A DNA stretch of 63,380 bases, counting the filler, from Folioceros fuciformis (taxonomy: Eukaryota), in assembly GCA_049999805.1 (NCBI GenBank). It is 19 parts of 19 records of this genome, joined end to end, with 100 filler letters (N's around TTAATTAATTAA, not from the genome) between each part and the next. Parts side by side here need not be neighbours in the genome. Positions count along the whole stretch, not along the records: positions 23,434 to 26,362 come from JBNGIO010006856.1; positions 26,463 to 27,707 come from JBNGIO010006857.1; positions 27,808 to 30,239 come from JBNGIO010006858.1; positions 30,340 to 32,629 come from JBNGIO010006859.1; positions 32,730 to 38,022 come from JBNGIO010006860.1; 14 more parts are not named here. The stretch is one strand, 5' to 3'. A program made the position numbers and the translations under genes. Of the stretch, positions 23,434 through 36,077 are shown one piece after another. The notes beneath the pieces are model-generated. The model was not told where the DNA came from. It did not search any database and saw only the letters and a program-made list of their open reading frames with translations. Positions within the stretch are counted from its first letter, which is position 1; each line of letters begins with the position of its first letter.

Positions 23434-26362
23434 CTTTAAGGAATATGTATCTTTTGCCCAGAGGCAAACTGGAGAGCAGTTAAAAACCCTGCGCAGTGAC
23501 AATGGTGGGGAATATACGTCACTAGCATTCCAAGATTATTGCAAGGAATTAGGCATTCACAGGCAGTTGACTATACCTTATACGTCTGCTCAAAACCCAT
23601 TGGCTGAACTTAATAACAAGCACCTCCAATCAGCTGCCAAGGTTATGCTCAAGGTGTCCGGCCTCACACGAGGTTACTGGGGTGAAGCTGTAGTTACAGC
23701 GGCATATATTAGAAACCGACTGCCTACTAAAGCATTTACCGGCTCAACACCTTTCGAGAGATGGACTAACAACAAACCTCGCATCAACCACTTACGCATA
23801 TTCGGATCTCCCGCATATGCTCACCTTGCAGAAACCCAACGGGTAAAGTTAGATTACAAAGCAAAGAAATACTTGTTTGTTGGATACACTGAAGGGATAA
23901 AGGGTTATAAACTGCTAGATCCACAAACCAGATCAACTGTACATGCACGTAGTGTAGTGTTCAACGAAAAACCCCTACTTACCCCTTCAGTAAATCAGCC
24001 CGAGACAGAACCACATTCTGAAGCACATTCTGATGACCTTGACAACAACAACACAAGTGATGACGAAGAGTTTACAACTCTGTTAGACAGTACCTCCTTC
24101 TCACAGCCAGTGCACCCTGCAGGATCACCTGTCCCACAGCAGGACAGTGATAGTTATGGCATTCGGTCAGACTTCCCTGATGAAGACATGGAAATAGGGC
24201 AAGATGGCATTGATAGCACACTCGATGATGCATTACCCTCAGATGACGTGGTGCAGCAAGAGGAACCAGCACTTGATGCAGAACCCGATATGCATGAGCC
24301 TGACCAACCTGAAGAAGAAACTGCTCCTCGTCGCAGTACAAGGCATCACACTGCGTCTCCGTATGAGTGGAGTACTATCCCTTACTCTTACCAAAGTTTT
24401 CTAGTCCAAGAAGATATGCCCATTGATATGGGCGAGCCCCAAACATACCATGAAGCAATTAACTCTCCTGAGAAGGACAAGTGGCACGAGGCCATAGAAT
24501 CAGAATACAGGTCCATTATGGACAACAAAACTTGGGTACTAGAGGACTTACCACCTGGCAGGAAAGCAGTGACCTGCAAGTGGGTCTTCAAATTGAAAAA
24601 GGCAGCAGATGGGAGTATAGCTAGATACAAAGCCAGGCTGGTGGCCCGTGGCTACAGCCAGGTTGAAGGACTCGACTACTCTGAAACTTTTTCTCCAGTA
24701 GTTCGAGCTACATCAATACGCACTCTGCTAGCAATTGCAGCACAATATGATTACTTGCTGCAACATATGGATGTAAAAACCGCCTTCTTGAATGGAGATC
24801 TGGAGGAAACAATTTACATGCGTCAGCCTGAGGGGTACGTTGACCCAAAACATCCAGACAAGGTATGTAGACTCATTAAGACACTCTATGGGCTAAAACA
24901 ATCACCACGTGCGTGGTACAAACGCATAGATACCTATTTAAAAAGATGCGATTTTGTCCAAAGCACTGCAGATTCTAATGTCTACAAGTTGCATAACAAA
25001 AATGGAATTGCTTACCTTGCACTGTATGTAGATGACGCTGTCATAATTTCCAGTAACTCCTCACAAATGGACAAAGTCAAAAATATACTCACATCAGAGT
25101 TCCAGATGACAGATCTAGGTCAGCTCACATGGTTCCTTGGCATCCAAATACGTCAAAACTTGGGTAAGCACACTATCTTCATCCACCAAGCACAGTTTGT
25201 TGTTCAGGTCCTTGCACGGTTTAGAATGCAGAATGCAACGCCTGCTGCAACGCCAATGGCCATGGGTGAGAAGCTTACACTGGAACAATGCCCGAAAAAT
25301 GAGAAGGAACGTACACAGATGGAGAAAACTCCGTACAGGCAAGCAGTGGGAGCGCTTATCTATTTCCGCAACTGGACGCGCCCTGAGCTCTCCCATGCTG
25401 TGGGTGTGATCTCTCAATTTCTGTCAAACTTTGGACCAGCACACTGGCTAGCAGTTCAAAGGTGCATGAGGTACCTTGGCGGCTCTCCGAGGCATGGACT
25501 GCTGTATAAACGAAGACCAAGCAAATTACAGCTCACCTGCTTCTGTGATGCCGACTGGGCGGCAGACTCAGACAGCCGCCGCTCCATCTCTGCACACTGT
25601 ATGATGCTAGGACAAGACAAGATCCAGGCTACCATTATATCTTGGCACAGTAAAAAACAATCAGTGGTAGCACTGTCCTCCACTGAGGCAGAATACATCT
25701 CTGCAACGACTGCGGCACAGGACATCATTCACTGCAGAGAGCTACTGGCAAGTCTTGGTGAAGGGCAAACAGCACCAACGCTCCTCCTGAGCGATAATCA
25801 GTCTGCCATAGCACTCACCCAAAACCCTGTCCTGCATGCCAGAACGAAACACATAGATATCAAACACCACTTCATACGACAAGTGGTGAGTGAAGGGCAT
25901 GCTAACCTACAACACGTGTCTACCCACAACAACATTGCAGACCTGCTCACAAAACCACTCCCCAGAGAGAAGCATGAAAAATTTGCAGCTGCAATGGGGT
26001 TAGTGGAGGATCCTGAGCCCTAAACACTAGTACTGTCCACCTAGCTAGCATTCCTTTTTTCTACCCATGCAGCACCTCACGAAGGGTGGAATCTTCTGGT
26101 AGGTATCTATGTAGAGTAGCGCTACCAAGGCTCTGCACAATTCAGACACCTACAGTCAGAAATCCAATCAAACACAGCTGCAGTGGGAGGAATTGCACCA
26201 GGGTACGTACCATAGCGGATAATTTGCCGCCTGTCATCAGTTAAGTCGCAGCCAGCATACATGAACCTGTCAAAACAGTTTGGGAGGCAGCGGAATGGAG
26301 CATCAGGCGCCAGTTGTGGAAAACCCTGCACAAATCTCCACCTCGAGTGTGCCAGCTCCAGC
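23434..26362 (+). mobile_element. Ty1/copia LTR retrotransposon fragment (integrase-RT-RNase H plus part of the 3' region)
   Basis: Frame open from 23435 to TAA at 26021-26023. Motifs LRSDNGGEY, YKARLVARG, MDVKTAFLNG, LYGLKQSPRAW, YVDD, CDADWA, STEAEY, ADLLTK in copia domain order. Confidence 0.95.
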
Positions 26363-27288
26363 NNNNNNNNNNNNNNNNNNNNNNNNNNNNNNNNNNNNNN
26401 NNNNNNTTAATTAATTAANNNNNNNNNNNNNNNNNNNNNNNNNNNNNNNNNNNNNNNNNNNNCAGGCCGCTGAGGAGTGCAATCGTACAAAAGCTCTGGG
26501 CCAGCAACAATGCCATGGCCGGTACGGCCAGTTAATATCTGTCCACTGGCACGACCCCCGTGTGGCACCCGCATCTGGGCCACACAAGCTTGCCGTGATC
26601 TGGGCTCGCCACTATAATGTCCTCCCTGGTGGAGCAGTGTCCAGCATTGCAGCAGTGAGCCCGTGATCGACGATGGGAGTAGTCGAGCTCGTCGGAACCC
26701 AGAGTAGAATCGGCCCGCCTAGCCGGCGTTGCTGCAACCGGATGTTCAGCCAGCTTGTGAGGTGCATGCAATGTTATCGTGATGCGGTTTCATTTTCTTT
26801 GCCTGCAAGCTCGCAATGTCGGTCGTTACGTACAGTCGTGATGGAATTTCCTCCCAGTCCCAGCCGTGAGCCCTCGCTCTAACAAACGGATGCCTAGCTG
26901 GCTGGCCTCGGAACCCTAAACAGACGGATGCGAGGAACTCACTGCATGCTGGATTTTGTGGACGATGGTTGCAGCCTGCAGGAGTTTCCGATTGCGAGAT
27001 GATCGTCACGCTGTTCGGACCAATCGCGTGCCAAGCGAAGGTTGCAAAAGTGGTCTTCCCGGCTTCCAAGTAGCTCACCTCGAGGCCGATTCGACAGTTG
27101 CTTCATCATTCGCTCCGCTCCTAAGCATACGAGTTGGTGTGGGTGGTCACTGAGACGGGGGATTTGTTGTGGTGCTTGTTGCGTCTTTGTGTCGGCAGGT
27201 AGCTGCATTGGTTGCAATTGGAGGCTGCAGGTTGAGGGCTTAGGGTCAAGACATTACTGAACATCGCGGGGCTCCGCAAGCAGGAGCC

Positions 27289-27707
27289 ATGGGGGTTCCA
27301 TACACACAGGTTGCAGTGAGACTGGCGTGGGTGATGTGTCTCCTGCTTCTGTCCGGGCTGTCTGCGGAGGCTGAGCCGCGGCCCAGCCTCGACTCGGCCC
27401 TATGCAACACTGGGAGTCGGAAGGAGCTGATGGAGGAGAGCTACATAACATCCTCCACCAGCAAACCTCAACGCCGAACGCGCCATCGGAAACCATGGCA
27501 ATCTCTGTACCAGGAGCCTCCTCCTTCTCCCAAGACCTCATGCTCGCAGTCACCTCCTGACTACCATGAGACCCTCCTTCAGAACCGGAAGCCCGGCGTA
27601 CCGGTCGCGACCCTGGCCCCTACTCCAAAGTCCGGAGTACCGCCGAGCCCGGCTCCCGGCGGATCGACACCGGTGCCCCCGGGACCGACACCGAAGCCCT
27701 ACGGACC
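27289..27707 (+). CDS. Secreted proline-rich cell-wall-type protein, 3'-partial
   Basis: ATG and hydrophobic signal peptide (VMCLLLLSGLSAEA), then Pro/Ser/Thr-rich tract (APTPKSGVPPSPAPGGSTPVPPGPTPKPYG) running into the linker. Confidence 0.6.
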
Positions 27708-28731
27708 NNNNNNNNNNNNNNNNNNNNNNNNNNNNNNNNNNNNNNNNNNNNTTAATTAATTAANNNNNNNNNNNNNNNNNNNNNNNNNNNNNNNNNNNNN
27801 NNNNNNNTTTTTCTTCGGTAGTGAAAGCTCGAGTTGGTACTCGCGATTGTAACAGTTTCGCCATGGCAGCGACATCCGCGTCGCTCTTGTCCGCTATTTT
27901 CTTTGTTCCTTTCTTTTCCAAGAGTCCAAACTCAGATCAGCGACCGGATGGGGAGGCAGCACATGTAGAGGTGCTCAGTCGTGAATTGTGATCGCAGGCA
28001 GTTCAGGCACCGTGTGTAAGCTGATCTGGATGCTTATCATCCTGCCAGAATGACGCCTCACTTTCTTTTCTTCTGGGAGTTGTCCTTAGATGTGCTACTG
28101 TGTCTGGCCGCATGCGCGGTCAGGTTCTGTCCCCTTGACTGCATTCCGCTTGAGGCTCTCGTTGTCGCTCCTACGAATGGGAATGACGCTGTCGGCCGCG
28201 TTCATGTCAGACTATGAAGCCCCCTGTCTGGTGTTTATTAGTGCATTGTCTAGCAGCTTCTGGAAAGATCGGCAGACGGTCTGGTGCAGGCATGTGTTTG
28301 GTTGGGAGTTATATTTGGACCATGAGAAGCTGCAGTAGGAGATTATAGACAGCACACTTGGTATCAAACTCTGGCAACTTTGCAGCATGTTTTGTAAACA
28401 TCATCCCTTTTCATCACAACTATGGTTCATAAGCTGCAAATGATGCCAGGGGAAGACAGGTTTCTTGGAGTGGGCAGGCAGTTATCTGTAAGGCTTATCC
28501 GAACCTTCTGACTCTGCACAGCCTGTGCTCTTGGGCAGTTCCGATTCATGGCAGGATTTTCTGAGGGCTCTTTGTTGTTCCTGAGGTGAAGTATCCAGTT
28601 GGTTCTCTCTTCTCCAAGGGGAGGTTCTGAGCGAGAGGTCGTAGATTCCACCTGAGGAAATGAAATATCTGTGGAACTCTGGTCATCTTCATTGCTGAAG
28701 GATGTTTCAGGTAACGGGTGTGATAGAATTC

Positions 28732-30239
28732 ATGAGTAGGCTTGGAAACATGGTGGACTGGCACGGGGCAGCACCACCTTCAGCTGATTTTCTTTCTGGA
28801 AGGCCAACTTTGGCGTCAAAACCCTGCATCAGCTTTTGGGTCTTTGAGGCAGAGGCTACCTGGAGATACCCCATTCGAGGGGTGTTCTACGGTCTGACAC
28901 TTCTATATTTCTTCATTGGCATAGCAAGGAGTACAGCCACATTCATGGTGGCCATGGAAGTGATGGTGAAGCAGACACGATCGCGGAGGAGTATACATCC
29001 GATAACAGGGGTGGAAATCGTGGAAATCAAGAGAATATGGAATCCTGCAGTGGCGGACATTACTCTGCTGGCAGTTGGCACAAGTGTCCCTCCCATTGCC
29101 ATCTCAATCATCGAGACCTTTCAGACTCTGGGTGATACTGACGACTCTGGTGAGTCATTCATTTGGTATTGTCAGTGAACAGTGGAGAGGATCTTCTCCA
29201 CTTGAGTGCCGGTGCTTTCTGTTATCTCGACAAGATTATAGAAGAGCTTGCTCCACTCTTTTGAAAGTCTTAGGGCCTGCATAACCCTTCGGAACATTTT
29301 GCCTTGGTTAAACTTCTCTATTCAGGTTTAGGGCTGGGAGTGATTGTTGGATCAGCAGCATTCAATATCCTTGTTACTTCAGCTGTGTGTGTACTGGTGC
29401 CAAAGAGGGGAACAGTGAAGCGATTTGAAAACGTGGGCGTCTACATTGTGGAGCTGATCTGGTCTATATGGGCTTACATATGGCTTCTGATTGTCTTGAA
29501 GGTGATTTTCCTGTGTCCCTCTCAGTCTGTACTGGACTAGCCAGACCAAGGGATCTTCCCGGAAGATAGTCTGACACGTCTGCTTGAATGGCAGGTTTCT
29601 TCCCCGGATGTCGTCACGTTGTGGGAAGCAACCGCAACAGTATTACAATTTCCTATTCTTACTTTGCATGCTTATGCGCAAGACAAGGAATGGGCATTCA
29701 TTAAACTTCCCCTGGGACTGAGTTTGTGTGTGAGTCCGCCAGCGCATCTCCTGCAGGATTCGTTGCATTCTTACAGGAGTTTTAGGCCTCAGTCTCGGCG
29801 AGTTTGCAAGTCATTCTCATGTTGCAGGGTAACGAGTGGAGTGTTTGCTGAAGTGGAAGGCCGGGAATTTGTTTGTCTCTGTAGGCCACATTGGAGCCAG
29901 AGACTTCAGACAACGTCACTGGTGACTACTTGCGCCACTGCAGCCAGACGAGTATGTCCGGAGAGTCCTCAGCATCAGAAGCGGACTCGCCCTTCGAGAC
30001 TCAGGATTCAGGTTTTGTCCACCTGTTAAACATGGACTAATGATCTTGAACTACAATTGGTAGGTGGTTTGCTTCACAACCGCAGGTACCTCAGATTTCA
30101 TGGTAATTGCAGAGCAGGGAAGAAGGATTTCATCCGACGGCATGTGTGTTGGAACATCCGCTACTCATACCACAGTGCAATGTGGGGAAACCCTTTCCTT
30201 GTGGATGCGACAGTTCTCGAATGCTATAGATGTAAGCTT
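28732..30239 (+). CDS. MHX: Mg2+/H+ exchanger (MHX/NCX, CaCA family), 3'-partial
   Basis: Exons 28732-29149, 29326-29501, 29595-~29727, further exons less certain. Motifs IWNPAVADITLLAVGTS, GLGLGVIVGSAAFN, VELIWSIWAYIWL, SSPDVVTLWEA..TVLQFP...HAYAQDK. Confidence 0.85.
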
Positions 30240-30510
30240 NNNNNNNNNNNNNNNNNNNNNNNNNNNNNNNNNNNNNNNNNNNNTTAATTAATTAANNNNN
30301 NNNNNNNNNNNNNNNNNNNNNNNNNNNNNNNNNNNNNNNCTCCGAATTGGACAGGAGAGGTGGGTTTAGGGATGTGGGATTAGGGGTGTGCGTAGAGGCG
30401 GTGAACGCTAAGGTCCGAAGGAAGGCTTTGAACCATGGATGCGGCCCTAACCCTAACTATCTAAAAAAAGAAATGAGTGTGAGTGGAGGAGACAGACCGG
30501 GACATGAGGG

Positions 30511-30556
30511 ATAAAACAAAGTAGGTGTCTCGATCGGGACACCTACTTTGTTTTAT
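30511..30556. repeat. Near-perfect 46-bp palindrome
   Basis: ATAAAACAAAGTAGGTGTC-T-CGATCG-G-GACACCTACTTTGTTTTAT: perfect 19-bp arms, one T/G mismatch. Confidence 0.95.
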
Positions 30557-32729
30557 GGTTTGTAGCTCAAATTAGTTTCTATGGCTTGTAGCTCAACTGA
30601 GGACCCCCATCGGCACGGATGAGTGACTCCAGCTTATTCTCCAACATCTACTTATGAATATCATTTGAAGCAGTCTGTAATCGTGGAAGAGACTCTCGTC
30701 TTGATTAAAAACATTTTGCTCGTGTCTTGCTATTGGCGCTTGCAGGTCTTCAAGCATCTTGGAAGGCCTAATGACTCGTGCTTTCCCTGGATGCATCCTC
30801 TTGTTAGCAATGTACTTGGTAACACTTCCTATGCATGAGATGCAAGTGTGGTGGTTGCAGGTTTGCTGCTAGCATAATATGCTTTGTAGTTGTAGCTCGC
30901 TAGCTATGGTGACAAAGGTGTCCTAAAATGCTAAACCCTAGATTCGAGTGCGGGCAAGATGGATTTTCTATTTGCATTTCGGATATGTATTTTACAATTC
31001 GTTAGAGATAGTGCTCATTTCGTCGGTGACTATTGCTGAAAGGCGATTGTATGCGCTCAACACCTTTTTAGAGTTGGCTTACTCTCTTGTCGGCCATCTC
31101 CTTGTCCTATCGTCGATTTTGCTACACTGTACAAGGGCTTAGCTAGAACATTATTTGATTGCATAGTATCTTGGGTGGAGTTGCACAGGTTGCGTATTAT
31201 TGTATGGTTCACTCTCAGCACCGCACCGCAAGTGCCCGCCTTGTCTACATCATTGTGGGGTGCTATTTTATTCACCTCGAGTGATCACATGTGTCTAGCT
31301 GGTGGAGATGGTGGCACAATGCATGAACCTAAGTATTGTTGCTGTTGCGCAGGTATTGAGTTGGCTTTGCCATTGTTCATTTCTTTGACACCATGTATCT
31401 TGAACTTGTCTCCACCCCACTTTGGACTTAACTTTGATGAAGCCAACAAGATCAAATTCAATCAAAGCCAAGTTTAATCCGCAAATTGAATATGTACTTT
31501 TGTACATCCAACTGACCTAATAGACCTACATAATTGAGGTTAGTGATATTATAATAATAGACAATTAGTGATATCAGAATAGTAATAAAAACATGTTTTG
31601 AAGCCTTTTGTGCCTTGTTGTGCACACTCTTGGATGTGGATCAACCTTGTCGAAGCACTTGAATCCACCATCCTGCTTAATCAAAGGAAGGAAGTAGAGG
31701 TAGGGACTAATGCACGCCCAGTCCCCCGACGAGGTTGTTAACGACTGGCTGGAACGATTCCAGTCACTCCCCACTCGATGACAACTAGAGAGCATTAAAG
31801 ATTCGTCTGTTTTGCCATTAACATGCAGCCACAACATTCCGGTACAAACATCCTTTCAGCACAGAAATCTGAGGATTCCTCAGCCTCCTCGTATACATCC
31901 CGGCACCAATCGGATGCTGCATTCCAAGCCTGTCGAGAGCCACTGCTCCTGCCCCCGACCCGGAGCTTGTCGCCGCGGCCATCCTCTCCTTCTCGGAAAC
32001 AACTCCGCAACCTTTGGACTGTCGTTCTTGACCGTTCCTGGCCCAGACTCCGCTAGAATACACGAGATGTGGATTATCCCATATTGTGCGGCTATTCTAA
32101 GGACAAAGATATGGTTCGAACTGTAAAATAATAAGTTCATCCAAAGACGCCGGGCAAAACGGAGATATCTTCGAAGACTGTTTCCTAGTCGCATCGTCGG
32201 CGGTACCAGGACCATGTCGATCCAGTGGTACAGGAGTGAGTTGCAAGTGAGCGAACGAGGGAGACTTGCAACTACTTGTACAAGAAGGAACCTTGTCAGA
32301 GGAAGGAGGATGGAGGACACCTTTATAATATACAAAAACGTATGTAGCAAGTATCTCCACCACGTGGTGATAGGCTCGTGTGCTAGACTACGGAATTGCT
32401 GCCTCAAGGCAAATGAAAGAGCGCATACGTACCCCCCTAGCTACCAGAGCCTTCGTCTAACACCTTACCAAGAAGATTCGACCCAGAACGCTTTTCTTCC
32501 ATGTATCCGCTTCCCTCCGAATCGTAGGGTGGAAACATGGACCTGGCGCCAGAAGCACGCAGAGAAACGAACATGGAAGCCTTGCCTCGAGAACTTGATC
32601 GTAGCCGAACTGACAAGTCAGAATGGAAGNNNNNNNNNNNNNNNNNNNNNNNNNNNNNNNNNNNNNNNNNNNNTTAATTAATTAANNNNNNNNNNNNNNN
32701 NNNNNNNNNNNNNNNNNNNNNNNNNNNNN

Positions 32730-32830
32730 CTTCCCCTTGGTTCCCCTCGTTGAGCCTCGGCCTCCTTGGCCTCCTTGGCCTCCTTCCCCTAGGTTCCCCT
32801 CGTTGAGCCTCGGCCTCCTCCTCCTTCCCC
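32730..32830. repeat. Short C/T-rich direct repeat
   Basis: GGTTCCCCTCGTTGAGCCTCGGCCTCCT twice, with internal GGCCTCCTT units. Confidence 0.8.
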
Positions 32831-33196
32831 TTAGCTTTCGCTATAACTTGGAGGCAAAACTAACCCCACACAAGGCATTGAACAAAACATAGGTCGCAAA
32901 AGATGCTCTTTACCCATGAAAGAAAACCCACATACTTCCTACGGCTTTGCTTAGGAAAAACGACTATTACCCAAAGGTTAGCAATGGATCCATAACCCCC
33001 ATGCCATGCAAAGATGAAGGTGTTACGATGCCTTTTGGTAGTCGCTTGGAAAGTTTCACCAATTTTGTTACTGACGAGTCCGTCGTGAGCAACGCCATTC
33101 TAAACAGTTACGACTAACAGATTTCTTTCTATTAACTTTACAAAAAATTATGTACAAGGATTCCCATCGATACAGAAAAAACATAAGGAGTCGCTT

Positions 33197-35131
33197 TCAG
33201 TCACCAGTCAAAGCCCTGGGCCTGTGCTCAATAGCAGCCAAGGCCATCCCCGTGTTTCGGGCAGCCCGAACAAAGGACATGTTAGCTGTCAGTGTGGGAG
33301 CATGCCAAAAGTCTCCGGTACCAAATATGATTTTGTGCCTCTCCTTTATCTTCCCTGTTTCTTCCAACGCCATCACCCGTACAGAGGGCCTGTTTGGAAA
33401 CACCCTGCAGCCATTCCCAAACATGATTTCGAGTTCAGCGCATTGAACATACCTGACCATAATTTAGTAAACTGTTTTTCCGACAAGGTCAGATGAGGAG
33501 GAAGAAGTACTGGAGACGCTTCAGCAAGTCTTGCGAGCGTTGCTTCTCCTGAGGTCCTCCTACAGTAGACACGATGGACTGAAACTCATCGACTGCAAAC
33601 TGGGATACAACTGGTACTCCTGCCGCCAACACTGCTTCTATCTCAGGCATCAGGGGGCTTCCAAGCTCAGATTGCGCCTGAGAGTGGAAGCAAGGTTAAA
33701 GATTTCTGTCACAGTAACAAATGAACGCTAAGGAGACGAACAAATGGTGTTTGTCGACATACCTGGTCTCTGATGAAAGTCCACATGTTGCCAAACCGGT
33801 CCTGCAAATCACAGCTAGACATACGAGAGAAAGCAAAGGCCCCTCCATTGCTGAGCTGTGAAACCCATGCAATCAGAGCTGTGGTATCCAGATTCACCAG
33901 GCCCTTCGCATCGATGTCTTTCAAGGAATGCTGCCCTCCCAACTGCCTCATTGAGAGTTGCAGATCAGATAGGGTCTGTGCTAAGGATGACGACTTCGAG
34001 TCGCGTTGAATCCCCCGGCTAGTGTTGTCTTCTTCTGACCACACAACAGACACTGGAGCGGCTGTGACGTCCATGTGGTCGGTTTCAGTGCTTTCGCCAT
34101 GTCCTGCGTAGTCATTGCTACACACATGCTTGTCCAGCTGCACAGCTCGTTGAGGCACAATGTCTACGCCCAGCAGCAGGGCAGACAGCCTAACCCTGCT
34201 GACTCGGACAAGATAAGTCGTCCAAGCATAAGAAAAACCAGCAGTCCAAGACTGAGACCTATCTGACTTTGCCGTGACAACGTCCTCCATAGGCTCCCCA
34301 GTCTCTTTATGTTTGATAATTTCCACCCAGTCGTCATCCTCATCTTCATCTTCATCGTCGTCCAGACTGCAGTCAATGTACAGACGCGAGTCCTCCTGAG
34401 AAAAGCCTACTGGTGCTTTTCTTTGCGACCGAGACCCAACTTTCACTGCTTGAAAGTCTGACTCCAAGTTCTCCGCAACGGGTGCTTTCAAGGTACCAGC
34501 AAAGCACAACAATATGAAAGCAGGCTGCACCACAACATCCTCACAAGCCACGATCAACAACGACAACACTTTAGACCGTAGACCTTTCTTGCTCCCATCG
34601 TCTCCCCATGATATATACTTCGGATTCCTCATCGAGGTCACCATCCAGACTGGTTTTCCGTCAAACGAGCACACCAAATCCACATGAGCAGTGATGTAGT
34701 TTTCCCTGTTCACTAGGTTCGCGGCCTGCCTTGGTGCATATGCGCAGAAATTGAGCATCACTCCTGATGCTCCAGTCACGGAAGGATGCTTCAGGATCTC
34801 CACCACAGCTTCAAGGTGCGTGAAATTCGTGCTGGGTTTACAAAATACGAAGAACAACGTCCAGATGGTTCAGAACGTTGCAGCCCCCATACGCAGCTTC
34901 AGCAGGAGCAGGAGAAAGAAAAACCGCTTCATACCTGGACAACCTCGCGCAGGATACCGCGAGATCTTGCAATGCAAGACGTTCTACAAATCTCCCTTCC
35001 GCTCGGACAAGCTTCAGCAGACGTGCTCGGCAATCCGGCGTGACAGAGCAAGGCGGCAAACAGGAAATTGCCTCCTCCAACGCCTGCTGCCGGCCCTTGA
35101 GCCTGGCCACACTACCGGCATGGCCAGCCAT
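33197..35131 (-). CDS. UPF0415/DUF1308 (C7orf25-like) protein
   Basis: Exons ~35131-34935, 34831-33763, 33677-~33512, ~33452-33197. Motifs VNLDTTALIAWVSQLSNGG, VGGPQEKQR, IIFGTGDFWHAPTLTANMSFVRA, HRPRALTGD. Confidence 0.88.
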
Positions 35132-36077
35132 GCTCCTGAATATCGTTTTGGCTCCCGGGCTTTCTTGGAGCGTTTTCACCCCATGGTTGAGAGGTCAGCA
35201 CCTCTGACAGCCTGTGGATCGTCCTCGTCAGACCATGTCCATTATGTAGAGCCCAGCAAAGTCACAACGCCCACGTCACGACCAGCTCCATTTCTACCGG
35301 TGGTATCGACAACAGGGACATGCTACTTACACGAACTTATCGGTACTCACATACAGTACTGTAATCAGAACTGCGACACGAAACACACTGAGCAAACCCA
35401 ATTTAGTAAATTCCCAAGTGATCGACGGAAATGCTTTGAAGGCCTGCCCAGCTCAACACATGGAGCCTTGGTGGTAATCTGGCGCACAGGTCAGACGTCA
35501 CAAGAAAGCTTACCAACCAAGAACAGCTGGACACCACTGCCCACAGGAGGTGTGGGTTCGGCTTCGTGTCTTGTGTGCACGTTTTAGACAAGGACATTCT
35601 AGGCAGAGATTGGGTCATGCTCTAGAATCTCGACAGAAAACCAGGTTCGAGAGAATTGACAAATCTACGCGTTTCAATATACGTTTGCTCGCCAGAGGGA
35701 CCTCAAAGACGTCTTAGTGTACACTAAATTTCTCCTGCACTGTACAAAGTTTCCCGTGGCCTCGGATAACCAGCAAAACAACTCCCACATGTATCTCCTA
35801 CCACCTCATGACAGCTTGACAGCTATACAGCACTGCATCTTTCTGCGAGACAACGGTGGAAGCAGCGACGCAACCTCTGAGCACCAATCCCGACACAAAG
35901 TCGAGGAGGTCACAGGTCCAACGCCATCAGCTAGTCATCCACCAAAATGTTCTCGCCTCGACAACTTTCTGGAAGCTCTTCGAGCTTTCTTGACAGGTCC
36001 AACACCACCTGCCACCTAGCTCCTGACCGTGAAGTCATGAACATTTTCGACTTTCAAACAGAAACCTGGAAACTGAG

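Noticed and set aside
31795-32629. Overlapping ORFs suggesting a degenerate gene or TE
   Set aside because: Stops in the candidate frames and no assignable motif.
34751-35587. 278-aa plus-strand ORF
   Set aside because: Overlaps the DUF1308 gene and its upstream region antisense; no domain.
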